DNA from: an uncultured archaeon
Lineage (GTDB): Archaea > Asgardarchaeota > Hermodarchaeia > Hermodarchaeales > Hermodarchaeaceae
Reading direction: 5' to 3'
Length of the DNA stretch: 64,000 nt
Assembly (NCBI GenBank): GCA_964347045.1
Contig: CAYFXC010000001.1
Span: forward strand, 121,243 to 185,242
Part shown: piece by piece, positions 10,311 through 18,933 of the stretch
Numbering within the stretch: the first letter of the stretch is position 1
Layout: the number at the start of each line of letters is the position of its first letter
Notes under the pieces: generated by a model
Databases searched by the model: none
What the model was told of the DNA's origin: nothing
Seen by the model: only the letters and a program-made list of their open reading frames with translations
Position numbers and translations under genes: made by a program

Positions 10311-10734
10311 TCCGGGTTGTGCTGTTCAGCTGAAATTCATCATACAATCTTTCTAACCGAATTACCTGAGTCGAAAATCCTTTTCCTTTTAATCGCTTCT
10401 GAATTTCATCTAATGAGAACTTTTGGTTAGGACCCAACATGAGAACATCTGGATTCAATTCTTCAATGATGCTTACAAAATCACGACCAGGGTTACCCAA
10501 AACTGCTTTTGAAACACCTTTCAAAGCTTCAACCATAAAGAGACGCTGTTTTTCGGGAACAATAGCAGGATGCCCTTTCGTATGGATTACATTTTCATCA
10601 CGAGCAATAACTACAATAACCTCACCTAGCTTTGCCGCCTCCATAATCAGAAAAACATGACCGGGGTGAAGAATATCGAAGGTTCCAGTAATAACAATTC
10701 GCTTTTTCGTCATCCTGTTTGCCTTTCTATACAT
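10264..10734 (-). CDS. ribL: FAD synthetase (archaeal FMN adenylyltransferase RibL)
   Basis: 'ITGTFDILHPGHVFLIMEAAKLG...VIARDE' cytidylyltransferase fold, close to MJ1179 RibL over its length. Its 3' end overlaps the ribK 3' end by about 47 nt. Confidence 0.85.
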   Translation of the reverse strand: MYRKANRMTKKRIVITGTFDILHPGHVFLIMEAAKLGEVIVVIARDENVIHTKGHPAIVPEKQRLFMVEALKGVSKAVLGNPGRDFVSIIEELNPDVLMLGPNQKFSLDEIQKRLKGKGFSTQVIRLERLYDEFQLNSTTRIIEKAFAKQKDRISQ

Positions 10735-10810
10735 GCAACTATAAAATCTTAGGGCTTGTCTCTTATGCAGAAAGTTTTAAAATCAGTGGTAGAAAAAAAT
10801 GCTCAATCAC

Positions 10811-10930
10811 GGGCTCGTAGCTTAGCCAGGCAGAGCGTCGGGCTCTTAATCCAATTGTATTGGAGACACCCGATTGTCGGGGGTTCGAAAGTATGCGAAT
10901 ATGTATCCGAAAATCCCCCCGAGCCCGCCA
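10811..10930 (+). tRNA. tRNA-Lys(CUU) with two introns (anticodon loop and T-loop)
   Basis: Acceptor GGGCTCG/CGAGCCC, G73, encoded CCA. D-arm GCTT-AGCCAGGCA-GAGC. Anticodon stem TCGGG/CCCGA with loop CTCTTA|A, interrupted by a 19-nt insert 'ATCCAATTGTATTGGAGAC' at 37/38. T-stem GGGGG/CCCCC with T-loop TTCGAAT, interrupted by a 24-nt insert (splice point ambiguous because of the repeated CGAA). The overlapping 80-aa ORF in the track is spurious. Confidence 0.75.
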
Positions 10931-10932
10931 TT

Positions 10933-11940
10933 TCATCTTTTACGAAAATGTTCATATCCCTTTGGTTCAATTACTCTCTCTTCTCCATTAATTCGTAAGA
11001 CTTTGTCAGGCTCTTCGACAATTTTACCAATAGGAGTAAGAGATCCACCTGCTTGTTGAATAATTTTCGATGCTTTTTCCAACTTTTGAGCAGGTAAGGT
11101 TACGATGAGTTCGAATTCTTCACCTCCGTAAAGTGCAAGATCAATCGGATCCAATTTGTTTGCTGCAGCAAACTTTTTACAAATTTCAGGAATTGGTAAG
11201 TTGTCTATTTCGACTCCAACGCGGCTAGCCGCGGCGAGTTCATGTAATGACCATGCCAACCCATCACTGCTGTCAATGGATGCAGACACAATTCCAGCAC
11301 GAGATAATGCTACTCCTTCTTTTATTCGCGCCTTAGGATGAAGTGCCTGTTCCCGAATCTGATCAACAAGCTTGGTAGGTTTCGAATGCCCCCGTAACAA
11401 AGCTTCAAACAAAGCCCCAGTATACCCGAAATCACCCGTGGTAGCAATCAAATCACCTGGTTTCGCTCCTTTCCTTCGAAGAATTTGATGTCGAGGTGCC
11501 TTACCTATTGCAGTACAATCAATCACGAGTTCCAAACATTGGTTTGTATCTCCACCCAGATAGTATGTTTCATGTTCACGAAAAACACAATTTAATCCTC
11601 CAACGAGAGCCGCCGCAAAATTCGTTGGGGTATCTGCGGGAAGACCCAAAGATACCATCACCCCTAACGGTGTTGCTCCTTTTGCCGCTAAATCACTTAG
11701 TCCCATCACCCCCGCTTTCCATGCAATTTCACTAGCTGTCATTCCTGGTAAAACATCCGTTGATTCTACGAGCATGTCACTGTTTACAACAAGAGCAACT
11801 CCATTCAAAGGAACAGCCACGGCATCTTCCATACCAGATAGAAGTGCTTCATCGTAAGGAGTAATCAAATCCTGAAACCAACGGATTAGTCCTCTTTCTC
11901 CAAGTTCGCGTAGTGTGGTATGTTTTTTTGACATGAACAA
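10933..11940 (-). CDS. thiL: Thiamine-monophosphate kinase (AIR-synthase-related family)
   Basis: PurM-like N- and C-domains, 'GEDAVAV' and 'GMEDAVA'-type motifs; about 335 aa. HypE/SelD family alternatives are not excluded. Confidence 0.65.
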   Translation of the reverse strand: MFMSKKHTTLRELGERGLIRWFQDLITPYDEALLSGMEDAVAVPLNGVALVVNSDMLVESTDVLPGMTASEIAWKAGVMGLSDLAAKGATPLGVMVSLGLPADTPTNFAAALVGGLNCVFREHETYYLGGDTNQCLELVIDCTAIGKAPRHQILRRKGAKPGDLIATTGDFGYTGALFEALLRGHSKPTKLVDQIREQALHPKARIKEGVALSRAGIVSASIDSSDGLAWSLHELAAASRVGVEIDNLPIPEICKKFAAANKLDPIDLALYGGEEFELIVTLPAQKLEKASKIIQQAGGSLTPIGKIVEEPDKVLRINGEERVIEPKGYEHFRKR

Positions 11941-12011
11941 TCCCTTCGCATTCTACTATTCACAACAGTGTCGAAATCTTTTTGGGTGTCCCTATTCAAC
12001 CCATGTACAGT

Positions 12012-12111
12012 GCCTCGGTAGCTCAGTGGTAGAGCGACAGCCTCGTAAATTCTGAAATCGTGTTGTCGAGTAAGCTGCTGGTCGCGGGTTCAATCCCCGC
12101 CCGAGGCTCCA
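12012..12111 (+). tRNA. tRNA-Thr(CGU), tentative, with a 25-nt anticodon-loop intron
   Basis: Acceptor GCCTCGG/CCGAGGC, U73, CCA. D-arm GCTC-AGTGGTA-GAGC. Anticodon loop CTCGTA|A with an intron after position 37; loop nt CTCG pair with intron CGAG, which is BHB-like. T-arm GCGGG-TTCAATC-CCCGC. The 27:43 pair would be A·C, so the isotype is tentative. Confidence 0.7.
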
Positions 12112-12120
12112 TTTTTTGAA
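12112..12120 (+). terminator. T-rich run immediately 3' of the tRNA (archaeal oligo-T terminator)
   Basis: 'ATTTTTTGA' directly after the CCA. Confidence 0.3.
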
Positions 12121-12567
12121 GTGCTTGTTAAGCTGGTTTCACGCGAGAATCTACGATTTCTTGGAATTTCAGATCTCCAGCCTGTTTCAAAAGCGTATCT
12201 AAATCCATGAAATTAATGTAAGATCAAAGGGGTCTACCTTGTGTTTTTTGAATAGCCGCCGATAAAAAGGATGATTCGGATAAATCTGGTAGCGGATAAA
12301 AGCGCGGAATTTTCGATTCTGCATAGCTTCAATTTATTCATAGCTTAGTGATTTCAGCTCATCGAAGGCTAGAAACCGTTTCATATTCAACACATAACAA
12401 GAGATACCATAATGACGAATTACAATGCCTGTTTTTTAATTGCAAAAAGCGTTTCGATGATTTAAAAGAAGCACCTGCATTCCCCTGTCTAAGTACAGAT
12501 AACTGTGCATTCTAAACAGGCATTATTCTGCAAGCTTATGAGAAAAAGAAATTTAGAGCGGAGTGAG

Positions 12568-12816
12568 CTAATCGACAAGGTCAATTAGTGCGACATCTTC
12601 GAATGTTCCCGAGGGTAATTTCCGTCTGATAGTAATTGGGAGAACTCGTTTTTGTAATTCCAATTCAGCTATTCGTATCGGATCGTGGAAATTCGAAGAA
12701 ATACGAGTAAGAATTGGGGCACCCATGGATATTTGAAGGGCACGAGCTCCCACTACTCGGGATTTTTCGTATCGGGTCATTCGTTTAGGACCGATTTCAG
12801 GTCCTTTCTTTGCCAC
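12568..12816 (-). CDS. rpoK: DNA-directed RNA polymerase subunit K (Rpb6/omega)
   Basis: 'MTRYEKSRVVGARALQISMGAP' Rpb6 signature; 82 aa. Confidence 0.85.
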   Translation of the reverse strand: MAKKGPEIGPKRMTRYEKSRVVGARALQISMGAPILTRISSNFHDPIRIAELELQKRVLPITIRRKLPSGTFEDVALIDLVD

Positions 12817-12843
12817 ATTTTCCGCCCCTTTTAGTATGCTTTC

Positions 12844-14469
12844 TTAGTCTTCAAAGTCTTCGCCGCCAGGGGGTCCGCCTGGACCACCGCCGCCTTCCAT
12901 GCCTTTTGAGGCTATTACATCATCAATACGAAGAAGCATTTGTGAGACTTCGCTTGCTGATTTAACGGCTTGACGCTTGACAATTAAAGGTTCCCAAACA
13001 TTAGCTTTTGCGAGATCGCCTACTTTACCCTTAAGCCCATCAACGCCGGCAGCGACCTCTGCCTTTTCATGACGCGCTTTAAGATCGGTAATGATATCAA
13101 TAGGATCAAGACCTGCATTTTCAGCTAAGGTCTTGGGAATTATTTCCATCGCTTCGGCAAAAGCAATGACAGCTAATTGTTCACGACCAGGAAAACGTTC
13201 TGCATACTCTAAAAGTTGCCCGGCGACATGGATTTCAGGTGAACCGCCACCTGCAACCACTCGTCCATCCTCAACAACGTTTCGAATTACACAAAGTGCA
13301 TCGTGTAAGGCTCGTTCAGCTTCATCGACGACAAGGTCAGTGCTTCCTCGAAGAAGAATACTAACCGCTTTCGGGTTCTTACATCCTTCAACAAAGATCA
13401 TTTTGTCATCGGCAATCTTTCGTTCTTCGAGAAGTTGAGCTGTTCCTAAATCTTTCTTTGAAAGATCATCAAGGTTTGAAATTAGTTTTCCACCTGTAGC
13501 ACGGGCTAGTTTCTCCATATCGCTTTCTTTAATTCTTCGAACAGCAACAATGCCTTCCTGTGCCATGAAGTGTTGAGCTACATCGTCAATGCCTTTTTGG
13601 CAAAGAACAACATTAGCACCAACTTTTTTGACCTTGGCAACCATTTCCCGCAACATTCGCTCTTCTTCATCAAGGAATGCTTGCATCTGGGATACTTCAC
13701 GAATATCAATTTTAGCTGTGAACTCAGTTTTTTCCACTTCAAACGCACTTTGAATAAGAGCAATTTTGGGGTTCTGTACAACTTTGGCCATTCCAGGATG
13801 AACGATTTCCTTATCGAGTACAATCCCTTCAATGAAGACGGTGTCGCGAATCGTACCACCTTGTTTCTTCTCAACCTTGACATTATCAATATCAGCCCGT
13901 TTAGTACCATCTATTGTATCAGTGATGCGTTGGATGGCAGTAACAGCTAAATCAGCTAAGAACTTCCGAAACTCAGATACGACCTTTGATTGCATGGACG
14001 TCATCGCGACCTTCTTGAGCATCGCATCGCTTGAATCATTCACAGCAATGGAATCTAAAACATCAAGAGCTTTCTCCGTCGCCTTTCGATATCCTTCCAC
14101 AATGACTGTGGGGTGAATCTTTTGGTCAATCAGCATTTCAGCTTGTTTAAGTAATTCACCAGCCAAAACGACAGCAGAAGTGGTTCCATCGCCCACTTCA
14201 TCATCTTGGGTCTTAGCTACTTCTACAATCATCTTAGCAGCAGGATGTTCAACATCGATTTCTTTTAGAATAGTAGCTCCATCATTAGTAATTGTAACAT
14301 CACCAAAGCTATCAACCAGCATTTTATCCTGTCCTTTTGGGCCAAGGGCTGTTCGAATAGCCTCTGCTATTGCTACGGCCGCCATTATGTTATTGTGTTG
14401 TGCATCGCGGCCACGTTCTCGCTTTGTACCTTCTTTAAGTAACAGTACGGGGGTTCCACCGAGTGCCAT
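12844..14469 (-). CDS. ths: Thermosome subunit (group II chaperonin)
   Basis: '[11 protein letters not shown]', '[15 protein letters not shown]', C-terminal GGM-like tail '[16 protein letters not shown]'; 541 aa. Confidence 0.95.
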   Translation of the reverse strand: MALGGTPVLLLKEGTKRERGRDAQHNNIMAAVAIAEAIRTALGPKGQDKMLVDSFGDVTITNDGATILKEIDVEHPAAKMIVEVAKTQDDEVGDGTTSAVVLAGELLKQAEMLIDQKIHPTVIVEGYRKATEKALDVLDSIAVNDSSDAMLKKVAMTSMQSKVVSEFRKFLADLAVTAIQRITDTIDGTKRADIDNVKVEKKQGGTIRDTVFIEGIVLDKEIVHPGMAKVVQNPKIALIQSAFEVEKTEFTAKIDIREVSQMQAFLDEEERMLREMVAKVKKVGANVVLCQKGIDDVAQHFMAQEGIVAVRRIKESDMEKLARATGGKLISNLDDLSKKDLGTAQLLEERKIADDKMIFVEGCKNPKAVSILLRGSTDLVVDEAERALHDALCVIRNVVEDGRVVAGGGSPEIHVAGQLLEYAERFPGREQLAVIAFAEAMEIIPKTLAENAGLDPIDIITDLKARHEKAEVAAGVDGLKGKVGDLAKANVWEPLIVKRQAVKSASEVSQMLLRIDDVIASKGMEGGGGPGGPPGGEDFED

Positions 14470-14557
14470 GGTGGGTCACCTCTTTGAATAAAAGTAAGGA
14501 TGTTGCACTTTGCGCTTCAATATAAGCATTTCTCTAGTTCTTACCGAGATTTCTATA

Positions 14558-15709
14558 TTACAACTGGAGCCGCCCACCAAGTAAACCAATATTTCCAATG
14601 TGGGGTGGTTTACCAAGTTCACGTTTGACAGCATCATAACAACGTTGAGCCTGTTTTAATGGCGTAAAAGTCAAATCACGCATTAGATGGCGCGGATGAA
14701 ATATCAAAAGACTATACTCAATGCTCGGTTGATTGAGGTCTTTAAGAAATCGAGCTATCTGAGTCACTTCATATTCATCAATATAATGGGGAACAAGAAG
14801 GGTGGTTGCCATCAATGGAGGATAATCACGGTCGTCAAAACAAAGATTATCAGCAAGCATTGTAAAATTATCAAAACTCGCCTTTTTTGAATTACCACAG
14901 AGGGCCTGATATACTGAATCCGAATAAGCCTTTAAATCAAATTTAATAATTCCACCACTGTCCTCAGCTAACTTTCCCATCTTTTTTATTACGGCAGGTT
15001 TCCCTTGGCCATTCATTTCGAAACATTGTCGGAGTAACCGATTTTTAAAGCGTGTTTTACATGCTTCCATAACACGTATTGTAAACGGTAGTTGAGGTTC
15101 TGGTGAACCACCGAAATAACACACGCAAGATATCTTCGAATTTTGTTCAATAACATAAAGAAAATCATCTAATTCTACTGAACTTCCTTGATCAATTTTT
15201 TTATGGGATACATTTTGGCAAAACAAACAATCCAGACTACATCCATAGAAAAAGACTGCAAGATTTGAATAACCATATTCTGCCCGTGGTTTCTTTGCCC
15301 ATTTAGGATAACCTATTCCCGTTCCACCAGGACAGAAATATGATCCGCAACAATTTGTAATATGAGGGTCCAAATAATAGTGCATTAGTGCCCTAGTGGC
15401 CGAGACTTTTTGTTCAAAACGCCCTTTTTGATTACTTCGTAACCCACAGTAACCAAGAGCTCCAGGAGGAATTCGACATTGATTTGCACAGATCTTACAT
15501 CGAATCCCGTTTTTCATTTGAGGAATAGTTTCTGGTAATTCAAATAGATAAGAACGCCATTTATGGGCGTTCTGGACAATTTCTTTAATCTCATCAGGCG
15601 CGGATCGTATGCAAGATGCACATACAGGGAGAACTTCCGCTAAACCTGTTTTCTGCTGGCAAATAACACAACGGGTCATCGTCCTTTCAGATATAGAGCC
15701 AAAAGGCAA
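14558..15709 (-). CDS. Radical SAM enzyme of the AmmeMemoRadiSam system (PFL-activase-like), with N-terminal Cys-rich Zn-ribbon
   Basis: 'GCSLDCLFCQN' CxxxCxxC; N-terminal 'CVICQQ...CASC' and 'CKICANQC'. The MEMO1 and AMMECR1 partners are present elsewhere in the window. Confidence 0.6.
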   Translation of the reverse strand: MPFGSISERTMTRCVICQQKTGLAEVLPVCASCIRSAPDEIKEIVQNAHKWRSYLFELPETIPQMKNGIRCKICANQCRIPPGALGYCGLRSNQKGRFEQKVSATRALMHYYLDPHITNCCGSYFCPGGTGIGYPKWAKKPRAEYGYSNLAVFFYGCSLDCLFCQNVSHKKIDQGSSVELDDFLYVIEQNSKISCVCYFGGSPEPQLPFTIRVMEACKTRFKNRLLRQCFEMNGQGKPAVIKKMGKLAEDSGGIIKFDLKAYSDSVYQALCGNSKKASFDNFTMLADNLCFDDRDYPPLMATTLLVPHYIDEYEVTQIARFLKDLNQPSIEYSLLIFHPRHLMRDLTFTPLKQAQRCYDAVKRELGKPPHIGNIGLLGGRLQL

Positions 15710-15786
15710 AAGGGTTCCGTTGGTGTTGTCTAGTGGTGTAAGTATCTTTTTGTCTGATTACGTACCTAAAATATTGGCGAGAACAA
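15710..15786. promoter_or_regulatory. Divergent intergenic region (radical SAM gene / DNA ligase), presumed to hold two promoters
   Basis: 77-nt AT-rich spacer between divergent starts. Confidence 0.3.
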
Positions 15787-17562
15787 TTGCTGTATCGTGA
15801 GCTTTGTCTGTATTACAATCAGCTAGAAAACACCACCAAACGGCTAGAAATGATTGACATCCTAGCCAGCCTTCTAACGAAACTAGCTGACACGGTTAGC
15901 GCAGAAACTTTAGGACGAGTTGTTTATTTAACACAAGGTAAACTCTATCCCGATTGGACAGGACTACCCGAAATTGGGATAGCAGAAAAAATGGCTATTA
16001 ATGCAATTGCAATAGCCTTGGGGATAAGCAATAAACAGGTAATTAAAACTGTTAACGCAACCGGAGATATCGGAATCGCTTGTGAGCAATTGTTAAAAGC
16101 AAAACAGCAAACCGCGCTTTTCCAAAGACCTCTCTCTATCCAACATGTCTATGAATCCTTGGTTAAAATCGCATCAGCAAAAGGTTCAGGAAGTGCTGAT
16201 TTTAAAATCCGCACCTTAGCAGGCTTAATTAATGCTGCTGTCCCTCTTGAAGCACGATATTTACTTCGAACCGTTACCGGGAGTTTAAGACTAGGTATTG
16301 CAGAAATGACTGTCATCGACGCGCTTGCTTTAGCTTTTGCTGGTGGAAAACAATACCGGGACACAATAGAGCGTGCCTATAACATATCAAGTGATTTGGG
16401 ATATATCGCAGGGCTTATCGCATACGAGGGGTTTCAAAGTATAGAGAATGTAAAAGTTACAGTGGGAAAACCAATTCGCATGATGGCGGCTCAAAAACTT
16501 TCGACCCCAGATGAAATCATTGAAAAATTGGAAGGTAAACTTGCAAGTGAATGGAAGATCGATGGAGAGCGAATGCAGATTCATAAAGACCATGAAAAAG
16601 TAATAATATTTTCTCGACGGCTCGAACAAATTACATCTATGTATCCGGATATTGTTCGCATCGCAAAAACGAAACTAAAAGCGGAACAGTGTATTGTGGA
16701 AGGTGAGGCAGTAGCAGTCGATAAGAAAGACCCTCAGAAACTATTACCCTTCCAAGTTCTTATGCGGCGGCGACGAAAATATAAAATCGATGAAATGGTC
16801 AAACAAATTCCAATTGCAATATTCTTTTTTGACTGTTTATTTGAAAACGGCAATGACCTCACCCAGCAACCATATCTGCTTCGTCGAAACCAACTTGAGC
16901 AAATTGTTACCCCAAGTGAGAATGCACGTCTGGTTCCTGCACAAAGACACTCTACCACCTCTGAAATCAATTCCATGTTTCGCGAATCAATTGATCATGG
17001 TGGGGAAGGTCTAATCGTGAAATCCACAAGTTCAGATTCAATATATCGTGCAGGAGCTCGGAGTTGGCTTTGGGTGAAACTCAAAGAATCATATCAAGCT
17101 CAGGCAATAGGACCTATTGACCTTGTAGTTGTTGGAGCCTTCTGGGGTAGGGGTCGCCGTGCAAAGACTTATGGCGCCCTTCTGGCTGCTGTACGCGATG
17201 AGGAAAGTGGTGAATTCAAAACCGTGTGCAAGGTAGGATCTGGTTTCAGTGATGAAGAACTAGAACAATTACCCAAACGACTTGAACCACACTTACTTGG
17301 ACACAAGGATGCATTAGTTGATTCAAAAATGAAAGCTGACGTGTGGTTCAAACCAGCTTTAGTGTTTCAGGTAGTTGGTGATGAAATAACACGAAGCCCA
17401 ATACACACCTGTGCTTTTAACCAAGTTGCCCCAAATGAAGGATTAGCTATCCGCTTTCCTCGATTTGATGGCACTTGGCGAGACGACAAATCTCCTGAAG
17501 AGGCGACATCTACTGAGGATATCATCACAGCTTATGAGGCTCAGAAAAAAATCACAAAATAA
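15787..17562 (+). CDS. lig: ATP-dependent DNA ligase
   Basis: 'EWKIDGERMQIH' KxDG adenylation motif; OB and DBD domains; 591 aa; TTG start. Confidence 0.95.
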   Translation: MLYRELCLYYNQLENTTKRLEMIDILASLLTKLADTVSAETLGRVVYLTQGKLYPDWTGLPEIGIAEKMAINAIAIALGISNKQVIKTVNATGDIGIACEQLLKAKQQTALFQRPLSIQHVYESLVKIASAKGSGSADFKIRTLAGLINAAVPLEARYLLRTVTGSLRLGIAEMTVIDALALAFAGGKQYRDTIERAYNISSDLGYIAGLIAYEGFQSIENVKVTVGKPIRMMAAQKLSTPDEIIEKLEGKLASEWKIDGERMQIHKDHEKVIIFSRRLEQITSMYPDIVRIAKTKLKAEQCIVEGEAVAVDKKDPQKLLPFQVLMRRRRKYKIDEMVKQIPIAIFFFDCLFENGNDLTQQPYLLRRNQLEQIVTPSENARLVPAQRHSTTSEINSMFRESIDHGGEGLIVKSTSSDSIYRAGARSWLWVKLKESYQAQAIGPIDLVVVGAFWGRGRRAKTYGALLAAVRDEESGEFKTVCKVGSGFSDEELEQLPKRLEPHLLGHKDALVDSKMKADVWFKPALVFQVVGDEITRSPIHTCAFNQVAPNEGLAIRFPRFDGTWRDDKSPEEATSTEDIITAYEAQKKITK

Positions 17563-17569
17563 GCAGTAA

Positions 17570-17848
17570 TCACCTTAATGCAGCTAATACTGACTGTGAA
17601 TCCATTCCCTCAATGAGCAGAATCTTTGTTGATTTTTTTTCACCTGAAATGATTCGAATACAATGACGTGGAATTCTTAGCTTATTTGCTATGAGTTTTA
17701 TAACTTCGATGTTTGCTTGACTACGCGTTGGTGCTGCTTTTACATAAACACTGCAAACACTTTCTCCTTCAAGTAAAATTGCCTGCTTTTTCGAACGCGG
17801 CTTCACACGAATTCTTAGTAAGGTTCCCTTATTATGCGACTCTAACAT
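17570..17848 (-). CDS. DUF167 (YggU-like) family protein
   Basis: 'LLRIRVKPRSKKQAILLEGESV...VYVKAAPTRSQANIEVIKLIANKLRIP...IRIISGEKKSTKILLIEG'. The ORF track extends to 17959, but the likely start is the internal Met at about 17848. Confidence 0.55.
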   Translation of the reverse strand: MLESHNKGTLLRIRVKPRSKKQAILLEGESVCSVYVKAAPTRSQANIEVIKLIANKLRIPRHCIRIISGEKKSTKILLIEGMDSQSVLAALR

Positions 17849-17937
17849 AGCTATCTGCCAGAACCTTTTAGTAAGCGATTTCAAAAATGTCTTATTAAAC
17901 CATCTGTAATCTGGCAGTGAGAGGTGTAGGCACAAAA

Positions 17938-18309
17938 ATGTCTGATAATATTCAAGCATGGGTCAACTACATGCAACAAGTCGATAATACAATAATGGCT
18001 GTTTCTGTTGTTAGAAGTGATGGAACTGTGCTTTTCACGACACCAAACTGGACGGTCCCGGGGGCTGAAATCCTTTCAGCCATTCAGAGCAAACCTCCTA
18101 GTATAACGATTCAAGGGGTGAAGTATAGCACTATCCAAGCCACTGATCATCACCTAGTAGCCACTAATGTTCGTGGTCAAGGATCAATTGTTATCACTGC
18201 CGCGCGTGACAAGGGCTATGTTATAGCTTATGTTTCTCCTCAAGGCGATGTACAAGGCGCTTACATCGAAATTGCAAAAGCATCAGCCAATATCGGAGGA
18301 TTCATGTGA
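17938..18309 (+). CDS. Profilin-like protein (eukaryotic signature protein)
   Basis: 'WVNYMQQVDNTIMAVSVVRSDGTVLFTT...', '...VKYSTIQATD...', 'GQGSIVITAARDKGYVIAYV', 'GAYIEIAKASANIGGF'. These follow the profilin N-helix / DG.VWA / KY..I / C-helix pattern. The ORF track start at 17917 is probably over-extended. Confidence 0.7.
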   Translation: MSDNIQAWVNYMQQVDNTIMAVSVVRSDGTVLFTTPNWTVPGAEILSAIQSKPPSITIQGVKYSTIQATDHHLVATNVRGQGSIVITAARDKGYVIAYVSPQGDVQGAYIEIAKASANIGGFM

Positions 18310-18375
18310 TAACCCCCTCAACTTTCTCTGTATATCCACTTAAAATCACAGGACAATTAACACTATGTACGGGGA

Positions 18376-18822
18376 GTGTGTATTTCCATCAATCCGTCTT
18401 CGCGTTCAAAAAAACCTTCTCCAAAACCGCAAGGAAACGATGAAACACAAAATGAACAATGGATGCTAGATCTTCGGCGAAAACGAGATCTTCAGATAAC
18501 GGGCAAGCCGAAACCTACGCAAAATCGAAACCTCGAAGGGTTGAAACAGATTCTTCTCTCCGAAGGCTTCAAAATTCGTGGTAATCGAATGGTCATCCAA
18601 CGAGAAGAGGCAACCTTCGAAGTCGATTTAAAAATGGGGCACGTATACGCTTTGAAAGAAGGCAAAGAGCCTCTTGTTCTATGTGTTACACTTGAATCAA
18701 CTCCTTGGGCTAATATTGATGATCTCTCAGATTTTGATTTGTTCATTCTTTCAGTTATCTACCTTCTAGCCCGTGAGCCTTTACCTCAAAGCATCACTGG
18801 ACAAATTACCAACGAATCTTGA
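18376..18822 (+). CDS. Hypothetical protein downstream of profilin
   Basis: No recognisable motif. The likely true start is internal ('MLDLRRKRDLQ', about 18463). Same strand as profilin, 66 nt downstream. Confidence 0.35.
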   Translation: MCISINPSSRSKKPSPKPQGNDETQNEQWMLDLRRKRDLQITGKPKPTQNRNLEGLKQILLSEGFKIRGNRMVIQREEATFEVDLKMGHVYALKEGKEPLVLCVTLESTPWANIDDLSDFDLFILSVIYLLAREPLPQSITGQITNES

Positions 18823-18933
18823 GCGTCTGTTTTTAATAGGTACTATATACTTTTCATCCAAAAAAAGCAAGAAACGCGGAAACACTTATAGCCATGAAAT
18901 ATTGAATCGGCAATCCCCGTGGAGGGATACTTT

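Noticed and set aside
10756-10998. 80-aa ORF from the six-frame track
   Set aside because: It lies entirely over the two-intron tRNA-Lys gene. Its translation is low-complexity and read through a structural RNA.
13091-14491. Several 94-126 aa ORFs on the plus strand
   Set aside because: All lie antisense inside the thermosome gene, with biased, non-protein-like compositions.
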